Positions 9,898-18,179 of a stretch of DNA of 64,000 bases are shown in pieces. The stretch spans positions 43,082 to 107,081 of the forward strand of contig DJOB01000004.1 in the NCBI GenBank assembly GCA_002437105.1. Direction: 5' to 3'. Below the pieces are notes generated by a model that did not search any database, was not told the origin of the DNA, and saw nothing but the letters and a program-made list of their open reading frames with translations. The position numbers and the translations under genes are program-made. Each line of letters opens with the position of its first letter. Position 1 is the stretch's first letter. Origin of the DNA: Bacillales bacterium UBA6449 (lineage in GTDB: Bacteria; Bacillota_I; Bacilli_A; RFN20; CAG-288).

Positions 9898-10179
9898 CTA
9901 GTTGGCCTTGTTGGCCTTCTTGGCCTCGAGGAATTTGGCGTAAACTCCGTTGTTCTTGAAGATAGTCTTGACGGAGTCGGAAGGGATAGCACCCTTCAGC
10001 AGCCAGCTGATAGCGAGATCGGAATCGATCTTGAGTTCGTGGCCCTTTCTCTCCTGGGGATCGTAGTGTCCGAGCTCGGCGAGAGCGGAGGAAGAGGGGG
10101 TCTTCCTGGAATCGGAAACGACGATCCTATAGCTGGGGCTATTCTTGCGACCAGTGCGGCGAAGTCTAATCTTGACCAT
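9898..10179 (-). CDS. rpsP: 30S ribosomal protein S16
   Basis: MVKIRLRRTGRKNSPSYRIVVSDSRK... Confidence 0.9.
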   Translation of the reverse strand: MVKIRLRRTGRKNSPSYRIVVSDSRKTPSSSALAELGHYDPQERKGHELKIDSDLAISWLLKGAIPSDSVKTIFKNNGVYAKFLEAKKANKAN

Positions 10180-10470
10180 TCTTACAGTGTCCTTTCAAAA
10201 GCGGGAAGATGATATAGCGCCTTTCAATCTGTGTCAAGTATTTTTACTTTACAGACATCTATCTATCACCGTGGATAACCCGTCTGTGATCCGTTTGCTG
10301 TGGATGAGGTTGATCGACGACGTATAAGGGATGATAGGCAGTGCTTCGCGCCGCGATTGCCCAGATGGTAGAGGCTGATTCCCGGGGATATTTTTTCCAT
10401 TGAATTCGTGATGATGGAAAGCGGGCCTTTTCCTTTAAAATATAAAAAAATCGATCAGGGAGGAATCTCT

Positions 10471-12015
10471 ATGGCTAGACCTCGTTCGCGGATATATCGT
10501 CCCCTAGTGCCGATACACGAGATCCTCCATCGCTTTCCCGGAGGCAATATCATCATTCCTCTCATCATCGGCTGTCTGATCAAGACGATCGCCTCCGCCT
10601 GCGGCCACCCCGATATCTGGGCGGAGTTGGGCGACCCGATGGAGACCATGTTTTCCGGTAGAGCTGGTCTGCTCGCCTTCATCGGTCTCATGATCTTCTT
10701 CACGGGTACTCAGACCGATGTGACCAAGCTTAAGCCGATGCTGAAGAGAGGTGTTCCCCTCCTGTTCGTCCGATTGGGCTTCGCCTATGCGATCAGCTTC
10801 ATCTTCCTGGCTATCTTCGGCCAGGATGGTGTAGGGGGCGTCTCCTTTCTCGGACTCACCGCGGGACTGACCTGTATCAATTCGGCGATGTTCATGTCCG
10901 TGACCAACGGTTACGCCGATGATGCAGACCGGGCCTACTTCTCCCTCGCTATGGTCTTTGGATTGCCGGTCCTGCCGCTTCTCGCGGTCCGGGGCGGGAC
11001 GGGCGCTTCGATCAACTACCTGTCCATCGTGTCCATCATCGTTCCCCTCATCTTTGGTATCGTGTTGGGCAACCTCGATCGCAAGATGCGCAAGTTCTAT
11101 CAGTTCGGGACCCAAGTCATCGTCATGTTCATGGGATTCCAGTTTGGATCCTATATCGATCTCACGCAGGCATTCAAGCAGATACCCCAGGCTTTAATAC
11201 TGGTTCTAGTTCTGTATCTTACTTGTCTGCCATCCCTTCTGATCGAGAGATTCTGGATGAAACGATCTGGGTATGCCACACTGGGAATGTCGGCTTTGGC
11301 CGGCGTCTCCCTCTCGATGCCTGTCCTGACTAGCGACATCTTTTCACCCCAGGTGACCACCGATGCCACCTATCAGCTCGCCTTTGCTCTCGCCGTGACG
11401 GCCATCCTCGCCCCCCTGCTGACCGACTGGGCTAATCGCGCTTTCTTCCAGCGCGAGCCTGAGCTTTTGAAGCTGTCTAATCAGACGCTGTACGATCATG
11501 TCAACCGGGAGATGGAAGAGAAGGCGCAACGGCGCGAGATGAAGTATTTCAAGAAGCTGACGGGCCAGCTTACCGCTGCGCAGATCAAAGCTCTACCGCC
11601 CGAGGATGCCATGCTTGTATATACCTCTTCGGCCAAGGATCGGAAGTTCGAGCTGCAGAGGATCAAGAAGGATATCGCCGATCTGCCTGTGGAGGAGCAG
11701 AACCGGATCCTGCAGCAGCACTACGACGATGTCGATCACCATCGCACTCGGCTTTCGCTGGTGACCTTCAAAGTGTCGCGGGCTCGTACTCGCGCGGTCC
11801 ATGATCTTCTTCAGTCTGGGGAAGTCAAGGCTGAGGAGATCGACTGCCCGATCCTCGATATCGATAGGGAGCAGCTGGCGAAGAAGAGAGGGGTTCAGCT
11901 CTCTCCTCTATCTTCCGCCGATAGGCTCGATCGGCTTCTGGCTCTCTATAAGCAGGCTGAGTTCGCCATCGATATGGAGGAAGCGAGGTCCTATATCGAT
12001 TCGCGGCTGGTCTAG
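10471..12015 (+). CDS. 2-keto-3-deoxygluconate permease (KdgT) family transporter fused to a roughly 195-aa C-terminal soluble domain of unknown function
   Basis: ATG at 10471 preceded by GGGAGG (the ORF track starts at 10408). The region FPGGNIIIPLIIGCLIKTIA ... LGNLDRKMRKFY matches KdgT, E. coli IPGGMMLVPLFLGAL...LGNLDPELREFF. The membrane domain of about 10 TM ends around residue 320. The remaining approximately 195 residues are hydrophilic with helical, charged character. Confidence 0.65.
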   Translation: MARPRSRIYRPLVPIHEILHRFPGGNIIIPLIIGCLIKTIASACGHPDIWAELGDPMETMFSGRAGLLAFIGLMIFFTGTQTDVTKLKPMLKRGVPLLFVRLGFAYAISFIFLAIFGQDGVGGVSFLGLTAGLTCINSAMFMSVTNGYADDADRAYFSLAMVFGLPVLPLLAVRGGTGASINYLSIVSIIVPLIFGIVLGNLDRKMRKFYQFGTQVIVMFMGFQFGSYIDLTQAFKQIPQALILVLVLYLTCLPSLLIERFWMKRSGYATLGMSALAGVSLSMPVLTSDIFSPQVTTDATYQLAFALAVTAILAPLLTDWANRAFFQREPELLKLSNQTLYDHVNREMEEKAQRREMKYFKKLTGQLTAAQIKALPPEDAMLVYTSSAKDRKFELQRIKKDIADLPVEEQNRILQQHYDDVDHHRTRLSLVTFKVSRARTRAVHDLLQSGEVKAEEIDCPILDIDREQLAKKRGVQLSPLSSADRLDRLLALYKQAEFAIDMEEARSYIDSRLV

Positions 12016-12051
12016 TCGATAGAGTAGAATCTTCTAACTGGAGGAGATAGT

Positions 12052-12783
12052 ATGCCTATAACGCAGTTCTCGACGATCGACGCGCTGATGCTGGGGCACT
12101 TCGATGGCGAGTTTAACTTGGCCGATGTCTTGAAGAAGGGTGATATCGGAGTCGGGGCGAGAAGGGACCTCGATGGTGAGCTGATCATCATCGACGGGGT
12201 CGGATACGCCGGTCTTCCTGGCGGGAAGATCCAGCGGATGGCGGCGGATGAGAAGCTCGCTTTTGCTACGGTCGGCAGCTTCAAGATGTCGGATTGCTTG
12301 ATTCCGGTCGAGGATGTGCCCGACATGAGATCTCTTCAGAGCGAGTGTTTGAAGGCGGTGGAGATAATCGGTAAGCGCGCGAATAATCACCCGCTGATAT
12401 GCCGGGTGGATGGAACCTTCAAGCGCGTGCTGACTCGGTCCTTCAACCGCGTCGATAAACCCTATCCCGATCTCTTTACCGAAGCGAAGAAGCAGGTCGA
12501 AGCGGAGTTCACCGATATTCAGGGAACTCTGCTCGGCTTCTATTTCCCCAAATTCTTTTCGGGTATCAATCAGGATGGCTGGCACTTCCACTTCATCTCC
12601 CGCGATCGTCTGAGTGCCGGTGGGCACTGTCTAGACCTGCAGATTCAGCGCGGTCTGCTCGGTTTGAGGGTCGAGAGCGGAGTCGATATCGTCCTTCCTG
12701 ACGATGATGATTTCGCGGGTCTGCATCTCGATGGAGACCTCTCGGCTAAGCGGGATCATGTCGAGAATAAGTCCACTAGATAA
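12052..12783 (+). CDS. alsD: Alpha-acetolactate decarboxylase
   Basis: ITQFSTIDALMLGHFDGEFNLADVLKKGDIGVGARRDLDGELIIIDG ... GWHFHFISRDRLSAGGHCLD matches the ALDC family, including the His-x-His...His metal-binding motif. Confidence 0.85.
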   Translation: MPITQFSTIDALMLGHFDGEFNLADVLKKGDIGVGARRDLDGELIIIDGVGYAGLPGGKIQRMAADEKLAFATVGSFKMSDCLIPVEDVPDMRSLQSECLKAVEIIGKRANNHPLICRVDGTFKRVLTRSFNRVDKPYPDLFTEAKKQVEAEFTDIQGTLLGFYFPKFFSGINQDGWHFHFISRDRLSAGGHCLDLQIQRGLLGLRVESGVDIVLPDDDDFAGLHLDGDLSAKRDHVENKSTR

Positions 12784-12797
12784 TCGGAGATAATCGA

Positions 12798-14522
12798 ATG
12801 TTAAAGAGATCTTCTATCCTGGTTCCCGTCCTCTTAGCCCTTGTCGCCTCCTGCAGCCCAGTTTCTCCCTCGAGCAGCTCTTCGACGGTCGCTAGTTCCA
12901 TCTCCTCGAGCGGATCGGCTTCGTCGGATGATTCCTCCGACTCGAGCGTGTCTTCCTCCACACCTTCTTCATCTGCTTCTCCCTCGTCGTCCTCCTCATC
13001 CTCTTCCCCTGAGGTGGAGGAGCGGGGCAAGATCGAATTCACCTCCATACCTAAGGGTGGAAACTTTACCCTCGGGATGGACAATCTGAAGACTCAAGGG
13101 GTCGAGATTGAGTCGGTTTCCTCTTCCACGCTATTCAACGATGATACCTACCGCGATGGTGAAGTCAGAATGGGCACCGGGAAAAATGCTGCTCAGATAA
13201 CCTTCACCCTAGCTTCCCCGGTGAGGATCGCGGCCATCGATCTCACGCTGAAGCAGTATAAGTCCTATAGCGCCGAGGTCAGCGTCGAGGCGGGAAGCAA
13301 GAAGTTGACGCAAGCCTATACCGATAGCCACTACGTCTTTTCTCTCGATTCGGTGGATAGCTTCACGATCAGTGTCACCGGTGGTCAGAACAGAGTCGTT
13401 CTTCAGGGTATCGATCTGTTGTTTACGCCGGGAGCCCAGGAGACCCCGAAGCCTGCCACGATCAAGGTCGAGAAGACGGGAGAGGGCTCCATTCTCCTCG
13501 ATCCTGTGCAAGGATACATGACCGGCGACACGATCAGCGTCAGCGCTATACCAGCTGAAGGGTACTATCTGAGTTCCTTGCTTCTCAACGGCGAGAGCGG
13601 CACTAGGCTGAACGCTGAATCCTATTCGTTTACGATCCGCGACACGGAGAACGAGCTGGTAGCGGTCTTCCGCCCCTCCAGCCAGGGATCTTCGGATTTC
13701 TCGAACCTCTACGCCAATACCTCGATTCACCCGGACCGCGGGAGCCAGGGAACGATCGATTCCTACTATAAGCCCATCCGGGGACTGAAGGGAGAAGCGC
13801 TTAAAAAGGGGTTGCACAATCTGATTAAAAACCATAAGGCCTTTAATTATGGCAGTCTAGGTCAGAAAACTTGGGAGACTATAGATGTTGACCCTTTCAA
13901 TAGTAAAAACTTCTATGTCACCTATCAGGGTTCTACCAGTAAGGGCTACTCAGTAAATAAGGAGCACACCTGGGCTAAGAGCCATGGCAACTTTGGGACC
14001 ACAGCGCCCGCCGGCTCCGACCTCCACAATCTGCGGGGCTCGAATTCCTATCTTAATTCCACTCGGGGGAACCTGGACTTCGGCAGCGTGGAACATAGCT
14101 CCAGCACCAGCATCGTCGGCCGTTTTAAATGGGCTGAAGAATCGATGGATGGCAACTATGTTGACGGCAAGTACTTTGAGCCCAAGGATGAGTTTAAAGG
14201 CGATGTGGCGCGGATTATCTTCTATATGGCGACCCGCTATGAGGGTGAGGGAAACGAGCCGGATCTCGAAGTCGATGGGGAGATCGATCGCTTTAGGTAT
14301 TACGATTTCACTGCGGGGGCGACCGGTCTTCACGGCAACTTCAGCGATCTCTATCGGTGGTGCACCTCAGGTCTCGATCCGGTCAGCGACTATGAGGTCA
14401 ATAGGAACAATATCGTCGATCAGGACTATCAGCACAACCGCAATCCCTTCATCGACCATCCCGAGTTTGTCGTGATGATCTACGACAAGAGTTACGATGG
14501 CCCCGGGGCGCTTAACGAGTAG
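12798..14522 (+). CDS. Secreted lipoprotein with a C-terminal Endonuclease I (EndA/Vvn-like) nuclease domain
   Basis: Signal peptide with lipobox LVASC, then a roughly 50-aa Ser-rich low-complexity linker, a beta-rich middle region, and a C-terminal region with DLHNLRGSNSYLNSTRGNLDFG and GDVARIIFYMATRYEG typical of the Endonuclease I family. Confidence 0.75.
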   Translation: MLKRSSILVPVLLALVASCSPVSPSSSSSTVASSISSSGSASSDDSSDSSVSSSTPSSSASPSSSSSSSSPEVEERGKIEFTSIPKGGNFTLGMDNLKTQGVEIESVSSSTLFNDDTYRDGEVRMGTGKNAAQITFTLASPVRIAAIDLTLKQYKSYSAEVSVEAGSKKLTQAYTDSHYVFSLDSVDSFTISVTGGQNRVVLQGIDLLFTPGAQETPKPATIKVEKTGEGSILLDPVQGYMTGDTISVSAIPAEGYYLSSLLLNGESGTRLNAESYSFTIRDTENELVAVFRPSSQGSSDFSNLYANTSIHPDRGSQGTIDSYYKPIRGLKGEALKKGLHNLIKNHKAFNYGSLGQKTWETIDVDPFNSKNFYVTYQGSTSKGYSVNKEHTWAKSHGNFGTTAPAGSDLHNLRGSNSYLNSTRGNLDFGSVEHSSSTSIVGRFKWAEESMDGNYVDGKYFEPKDEFKGDVARIIFYMATRYEGEGNEPDLEVDGEIDRFRYYDFTAGATGLHGNFSDLYRWCTSGLDPVSDYEVNRNNIVDQDYQHNRNPFIDHPEFVVMIYDKSYDGPGALNE

Positions 14523-14538
14523 CGGGTGGATGGCAGAT

Positions 14539-14566
14539 CAGGTGTACTGAGTACACCTGTTTTTGT
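14539..14566 (+). terminator. Intrinsic terminator after the nuclease lipoprotein gene
   Basis: CAGGTGTAC-TGA-GTACACCTG followed by TTTTTGTTT. Confidence 0.6.
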
Positions 14567-14600
14567 TTGTCTTTATCTTTTCACTTAAAGGGGTAAGGAC

Positions 14601-14633
14601 AAAAAAAGGGTTGACCGCTTTTGCGGACAACCC
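14601..14633 (-). terminator. Intrinsic terminator after rplS
   Basis: On the minus strand: GGGTTGTCCGC-AAAA-GCGGTCAACCC followed by TTTTTTT. Confidence 0.6.
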
Positions 14634-14648
14634 GATTGCGCATTGAGA

Positions 14649-15167
14649 CTACTTGGTCTCGGGAGCGGAAGTCGCAGGCTTCGCTTCAGGCTCAGCCTTG
14701 ACTTCGGTCTTGGCCGCTGCAGCAGCGGCCTTCTTCTCAGCCTCCGCGGCGGCCTGCTTGTTAGCAGCCTCCTTGGAGATTCTCCTCTGCTCCTCGAGGG
14801 CGCGGCGCTGCTCTTCTCCGAGCAGGATCTGTTTGACCTTAGCGGCCTTACCGGATCTACCGCGCATGTAGGTGAGCTGCTTACGGCGCACCTTACCATG
14901 TTTGACGACCTCGATGAAGACGATGTTGGGAGAATTGAGCAGGAATGTACGCTCGACTCCGACCCCAGCCGACTCCTTCCTAACAGTGAAGGTCTTGGAC
15001 ACTCCGGAGCCGCGCATGAAGATGCACACTCCCTCGAATGCCTGCTGACGATCCTTGTTGTTCTCGCGGATGCGAACCGAAACCCTGATAGTGTCGCCGG
15101 TCGAGAACTCGGGAAGATCCGGGCGGATCTGAGTAGCAGTGACCTGCTTGACCAGATTCTTGTTCAT
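14649..15167 (-). CDS. rplS: 50S ribosomal protein L19 with an Ala/Lys/Glu-rich C-terminal extension of about 55 aa
   Basis: MNKNLVKQVTATQIRPDLPEFSTGDTIRVSVRIRE... is a canonical bL19 core of about 115 aa, followed by ...EEQRRALEEQRRISKEAANKQAAAEAEKKAAAAAAKTEVKAEPEAKPATSAPETK. Confidence 0.9.
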   Translation of the reverse strand: MNKNLVKQVTATQIRPDLPEFSTGDTIRVSVRIRENNKDRQQAFEGVCIFMRGSGVSKTFTVRKESAGVGVERTFLLNSPNIVFIEVVKHGKVRRKQLTYMRGRSGKAAKVKQILLGEEQRRALEEQRRISKEAANKQAAAEAEKKAAAAAAKTEVKAEPEAKPATSAPETK

Positions 15168-15309
15168 GATTTCATGAACCTCCTAGATTTTCTTTTCTGC
15201 CTTTTGGGAGGGTTCACGAGGATTCTTAGTCACTCTCGGCGGAACCGGGCAGACGCAAAACAACATGGTCTTGCAACGGGTGAGTATATCACAACTCCCG
15301 CAGGTGTAA

Positions 15310-16524
15310 TCAGCAGTCAGTCAGTTTTTTGAAAGCGTCGGCTAGGGCCTGAGCCACTCTCTCGCACTTGCTCTCGGGTATCGAGGCTATCGAGAGACGG
15401 ATGGCGTTCGCTCCGGAGGGGCCGAGGAAGATATCCGACTTTTCGAGTTCCTTCTCTACCGCGACGCTGGAGACGGGGCAGCGGACCAGGATGTAGAAGC
15501 CCTCCCGGTGCGGGTAGTGGGGGATACCGTGCGCCTCCAGGGCGCTGATCATCTCTGCTGAACGCCTCTGCAGGATGCTCTTCCACCCCTGGATCTGCCC
15601 TTTGATATCCGGGTTCTTCATGATGCTCTCCACGACGAACGAGGCGAGTCCGTTGGGGGTGGAGTAGCAGCCGTAGGCGGTATCCATGAGGAACTCTCGC
15701 ATCTCATTCCTATCGTCGTGGCCTCGTGCGCTCTTGGGGAAGAGGGCGAAGAGGGCACCCTGCCGGAGACCGTAGACTCCAAAAGCCTTCGAGGCGGTGA
15801 AAGCTATCAGGGTGTGGGAGCGATCATCGTTCGCCCCTGCTGACGCGATCCAGGCGGGAGTACTCCGCGAGAAATCCAGGTAGGCGGCGTCCCAGAGGAG
15901 GTCGGCGCGGGTTCCCATCTGAGCGGCCTTTTCCCGGGCGAGCGAGTAGACGGCGTCTACCTCGTCCTGAGACATGGTGTAGCCGGTCGGATTCTCGCAG
16001 GGATCGTTGATGACGATCAAGAACCCTTTGAATCTCTTCTGATCCTCCTCCATGATGCGGGCGATCGCTGAGATGTTGAATCGGCCGTCGGCGCTGAAGG
16101 TCTCATAGGTTCTCGAGTGCGCCTTGGCCCCCTCGGCGATGGTGGTGTAGTTGGGCCAGCCGATCTGGGGATAGAGAGCCTCGTAGTTCAGCTTTTCGGC
16201 GTAGCTGAAAGCGAGATAGAGAGCACCCGTTCCGCCGATGGTGGCGAATCCGAGCGTTTCGGTCGACCCAGTGACGCGGTCATAGGCGGTACCCAGCACC
16301 CACTTCAGCGCTAGATCGAGGAAGCTCTGGTAGCCTTCCACCGGCGGATAGCTCAGCGGGTACTGGGCGCAGCGGGTCAGCTCGGCCTCGACTGCGGGCA
16401 GGCGCATCGCTTTCCCCTGGTCATTCATCATCATGCCAATGGTGCCATCGACGATATCGATTCCCATCTGCGCGCGTCTTTTTGCTCTAACAGAAATATT
16501 AAAGAGCTCGTAATCCTTGTCCAT
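15310..16524 (-). CDS. Class Ia (AspC/TyrB-like) aspartate/aromatic aminotransferase, paralog 1
   Basis: 404 aa. GGTGAL, NDPCENPTG, DAAYLDF and SKAFGVYGLRQG correspond to the AspC motifs GGTGAL, HNPTG, DxAYQGF and SYSKNFGLYNERVG, including the PLP lysine. Confidence 0.8.
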   Translation of the reverse strand: MDKDYELFNISVRAKRRAQMGIDIVDGTIGMMMNDQGKAMRLPAVEAELTRCAQYPLSYPPVEGYQSFLDLALKWVLGTAYDRVTGSTETLGFATIGGTGALYLAFSYAEKLNYEALYPQIGWPNYTTIAEGAKAHSRTYETFSADGRFNISAIARIMEEDQKRFKGFLIVINDPCENPTGYTMSQDEVDAVYSLAREKAAQMGTRADLLWDAAYLDFSRSTPAWIASAGANDDRSHTLIAFTASKAFGVYGLRQGALFALFPKSARGHDDRNEMREFLMDTAYGCYSTPNGLASFVVESIMKNPDIKGQIQGWKSILQRRSAEMISALEAHGIPHYPHREGFYILVRCPVSSVAVEKELEKSDIFLGPSGANAIRLSIASIPESKCERVAQALADAFKKLTDC

Positions 16525-16601
16525 CTCTCTGTCCTCTGCATAAAAAGCAGGGGCTTTCCGACCTCTGCTGATGCTTAGATTCTACTCTCTGTCCTCTAGA
16601 T

Positions 16602-17819
16602 TTAAGCGCCTGGAGAATTAGCTTCGATCTCCGCTTCTCGGATCTTGAGCGCTATGGTTTCCTCCTGTCCCCTGGGCAGGGAAGCGAGGGAGAAGCGCAG
16701 GTAGCGCGGCTGCATCGGAGTCGTGATGATGTTCTTGCCCTTGAGGATCTTGGTGATGAGTTCGGGATTGGAGTTGACTGCGATGGTCATGAAGAGTCCC
16801 TCGTCGTAGGGGAGGTAGGAGATGTTCTGATCCGCGAGAGCTTTTCTCATCCTGACGCTTCGCTCGTGGAGAAGCGTGCGGAGCGGAGCGATCTCGGCCC
16901 TCATATTCTTTAGGACCTGGGGCGACATGACGTTGACGGCGGCGGACATGCCGACGCCATCGGGGATCAGATAAGATTGCCGAGCGGTCTTGGCGAAGGT
17001 GTTGAACAGGATGGTCTTCAGCTCCCCGCTGTTTTTAGATAGGAGCGCCAGGATCATCCCGACTCTGAGACCGTAGCAGGCGAGGCTCTTTCCCGTCGAG
17101 AAGCAGATGAAGGAGGAGAAGCTGTCGCGCTCCTGGCAGATGCGGCTGAGCCAGGTGGGGCGCGCATCGCTGTAGGACATGTAGGCGACATCCCAGAGGA
17201 TGGCTAGCCTGGTTCCTCCCAGGCGGTTGCAGGCGTTGGCCTGATCGATGATCTGCTGGCTCTCCTCTTCGGTCAGGGTGTGTCCGACAGGATCCTGCCC
17301 CGGATCGTTGACCACGAGCAGGAAGCCTTTGAATCTCTGCTTGTCCTCCTGGATGATATTCGCGACGGCCTCGATGTTGAATCTATCGTTCCGGTTCAGG
17401 AGCGGATACCTTCGCGTATAAGCCAGCGCTCCGTTGGCCAGGTCGGTGTAGACCGGGCGTCCCGGATCGGGGAGCAGCACCTCGTACCCGTACAGCTGAG
17501 CGAATTTGAAGGCCATCAGTATGGCTCCCGTTCCGCCTATCGTCGCGAAGCTCAGCATCTCGTGGCTCTGCTTGGCGGCCTCCAGATTGTCGCCGAGTAT
17601 CCACTCGGTCGTGAGGTCCCTGAACTTCTTGGTGCCATCGATGGGAGGATAGGAAAAGTCTAGCTCGCTATCCCTGAAGCCCTGGATGACGGAGGGGAGG
17701 ACGATGCGCCGGCCGCTATCGTCGAGAATGACGCCCTTGGTTATATCGGTGATATCCTGCAGGCTCTTCTTCTCCAGCTCGATCGCGCGGCTGGCCAACT
17801 TTGAAACATCGATTGCCAT
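16602..17819 (-). CDS. Class Ia (AspC/TyrB-like) aminotransferase, diverged paralog 2
   Basis: 405 aa with the same architecture (GGTGAIL, NDPGQDPVGHT, DVAYMSY, STGKSLACYGLRVG). Clearly homologous to paralog 1 but strongly diverged. Confidence 0.8.
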   Translation of the reverse strand: MAIDVSKLASRAIELEKKSLQDITDITKGVILDDSGRRIVLPSVIQGFRDSELDFSYPPIDGTKKFRDLTTEWILGDNLEAAKQSHEMLSFATIGGTGAILMAFKFAQLYGYEVLLPDPGRPVYTDLANGALAYTRRYPLLNRNDRFNIEAVANIIQEDKQRFKGFLLVVNDPGQDPVGHTLTEEESQQIIDQANACNRLGGTRLAILWDVAYMSYSDARPTWLSRICQERDSFSSFICFSTGKSLACYGLRVGMILALLSKNSGELKTILFNTFAKTARQSYLIPDGVGMSAAVNVMSPQVLKNMRAEIAPLRTLLHERSVRMRKALADQNISYLPYDEGLFMTIAVNSNPELITKILKGKNIITTPMQPRYLRFSLASLPRGQEETIALKIREAEIEANSPGA

Positions 17820-18046
17820 TTAACTGCTCCTCCAGACTATCGACTGTGAAAACGCAGGGAAAATACAGGTGTTATATTAACAAATAATCATGAAATCGCA
17901 TACATCGAAGCGAATAATCCCGTCGATTGCTTCTATTTTCTCGTTTGGAGCGAATGAAAATATCGCGGTGATGGGAGCTGGTTGTGTCTACGTTTCACAT
18001 ATATATAAGAAAAAGGATAATTTACCAGTTTTCTCGCTCAGGAGTG

Positions 18047-18075
18047 TTGACAGGTATAGGGTTGGACATTATGAT
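18047..18075 (+). promoter_or_regulatory. Sigma-A type promoter of the rplK-rplA operon, followed by a leader of about 100 nt
   Basis: TTGACA, 17-nt spacer, TATGAT. A structured, GC-rich leader follows before the RBS GGAGG and the GTG start. Confidence 0.5.
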
Positions 18076-18179
18076 ATTCGTCGCCTGTGTGCGCATAGGG
18101 GCTTTTTGCCCTTTTAAAGCACGCGGGTCCTGTGGAAGGCGAATGCCGGACCACACACGGATATTAGGAGGAATCAACC

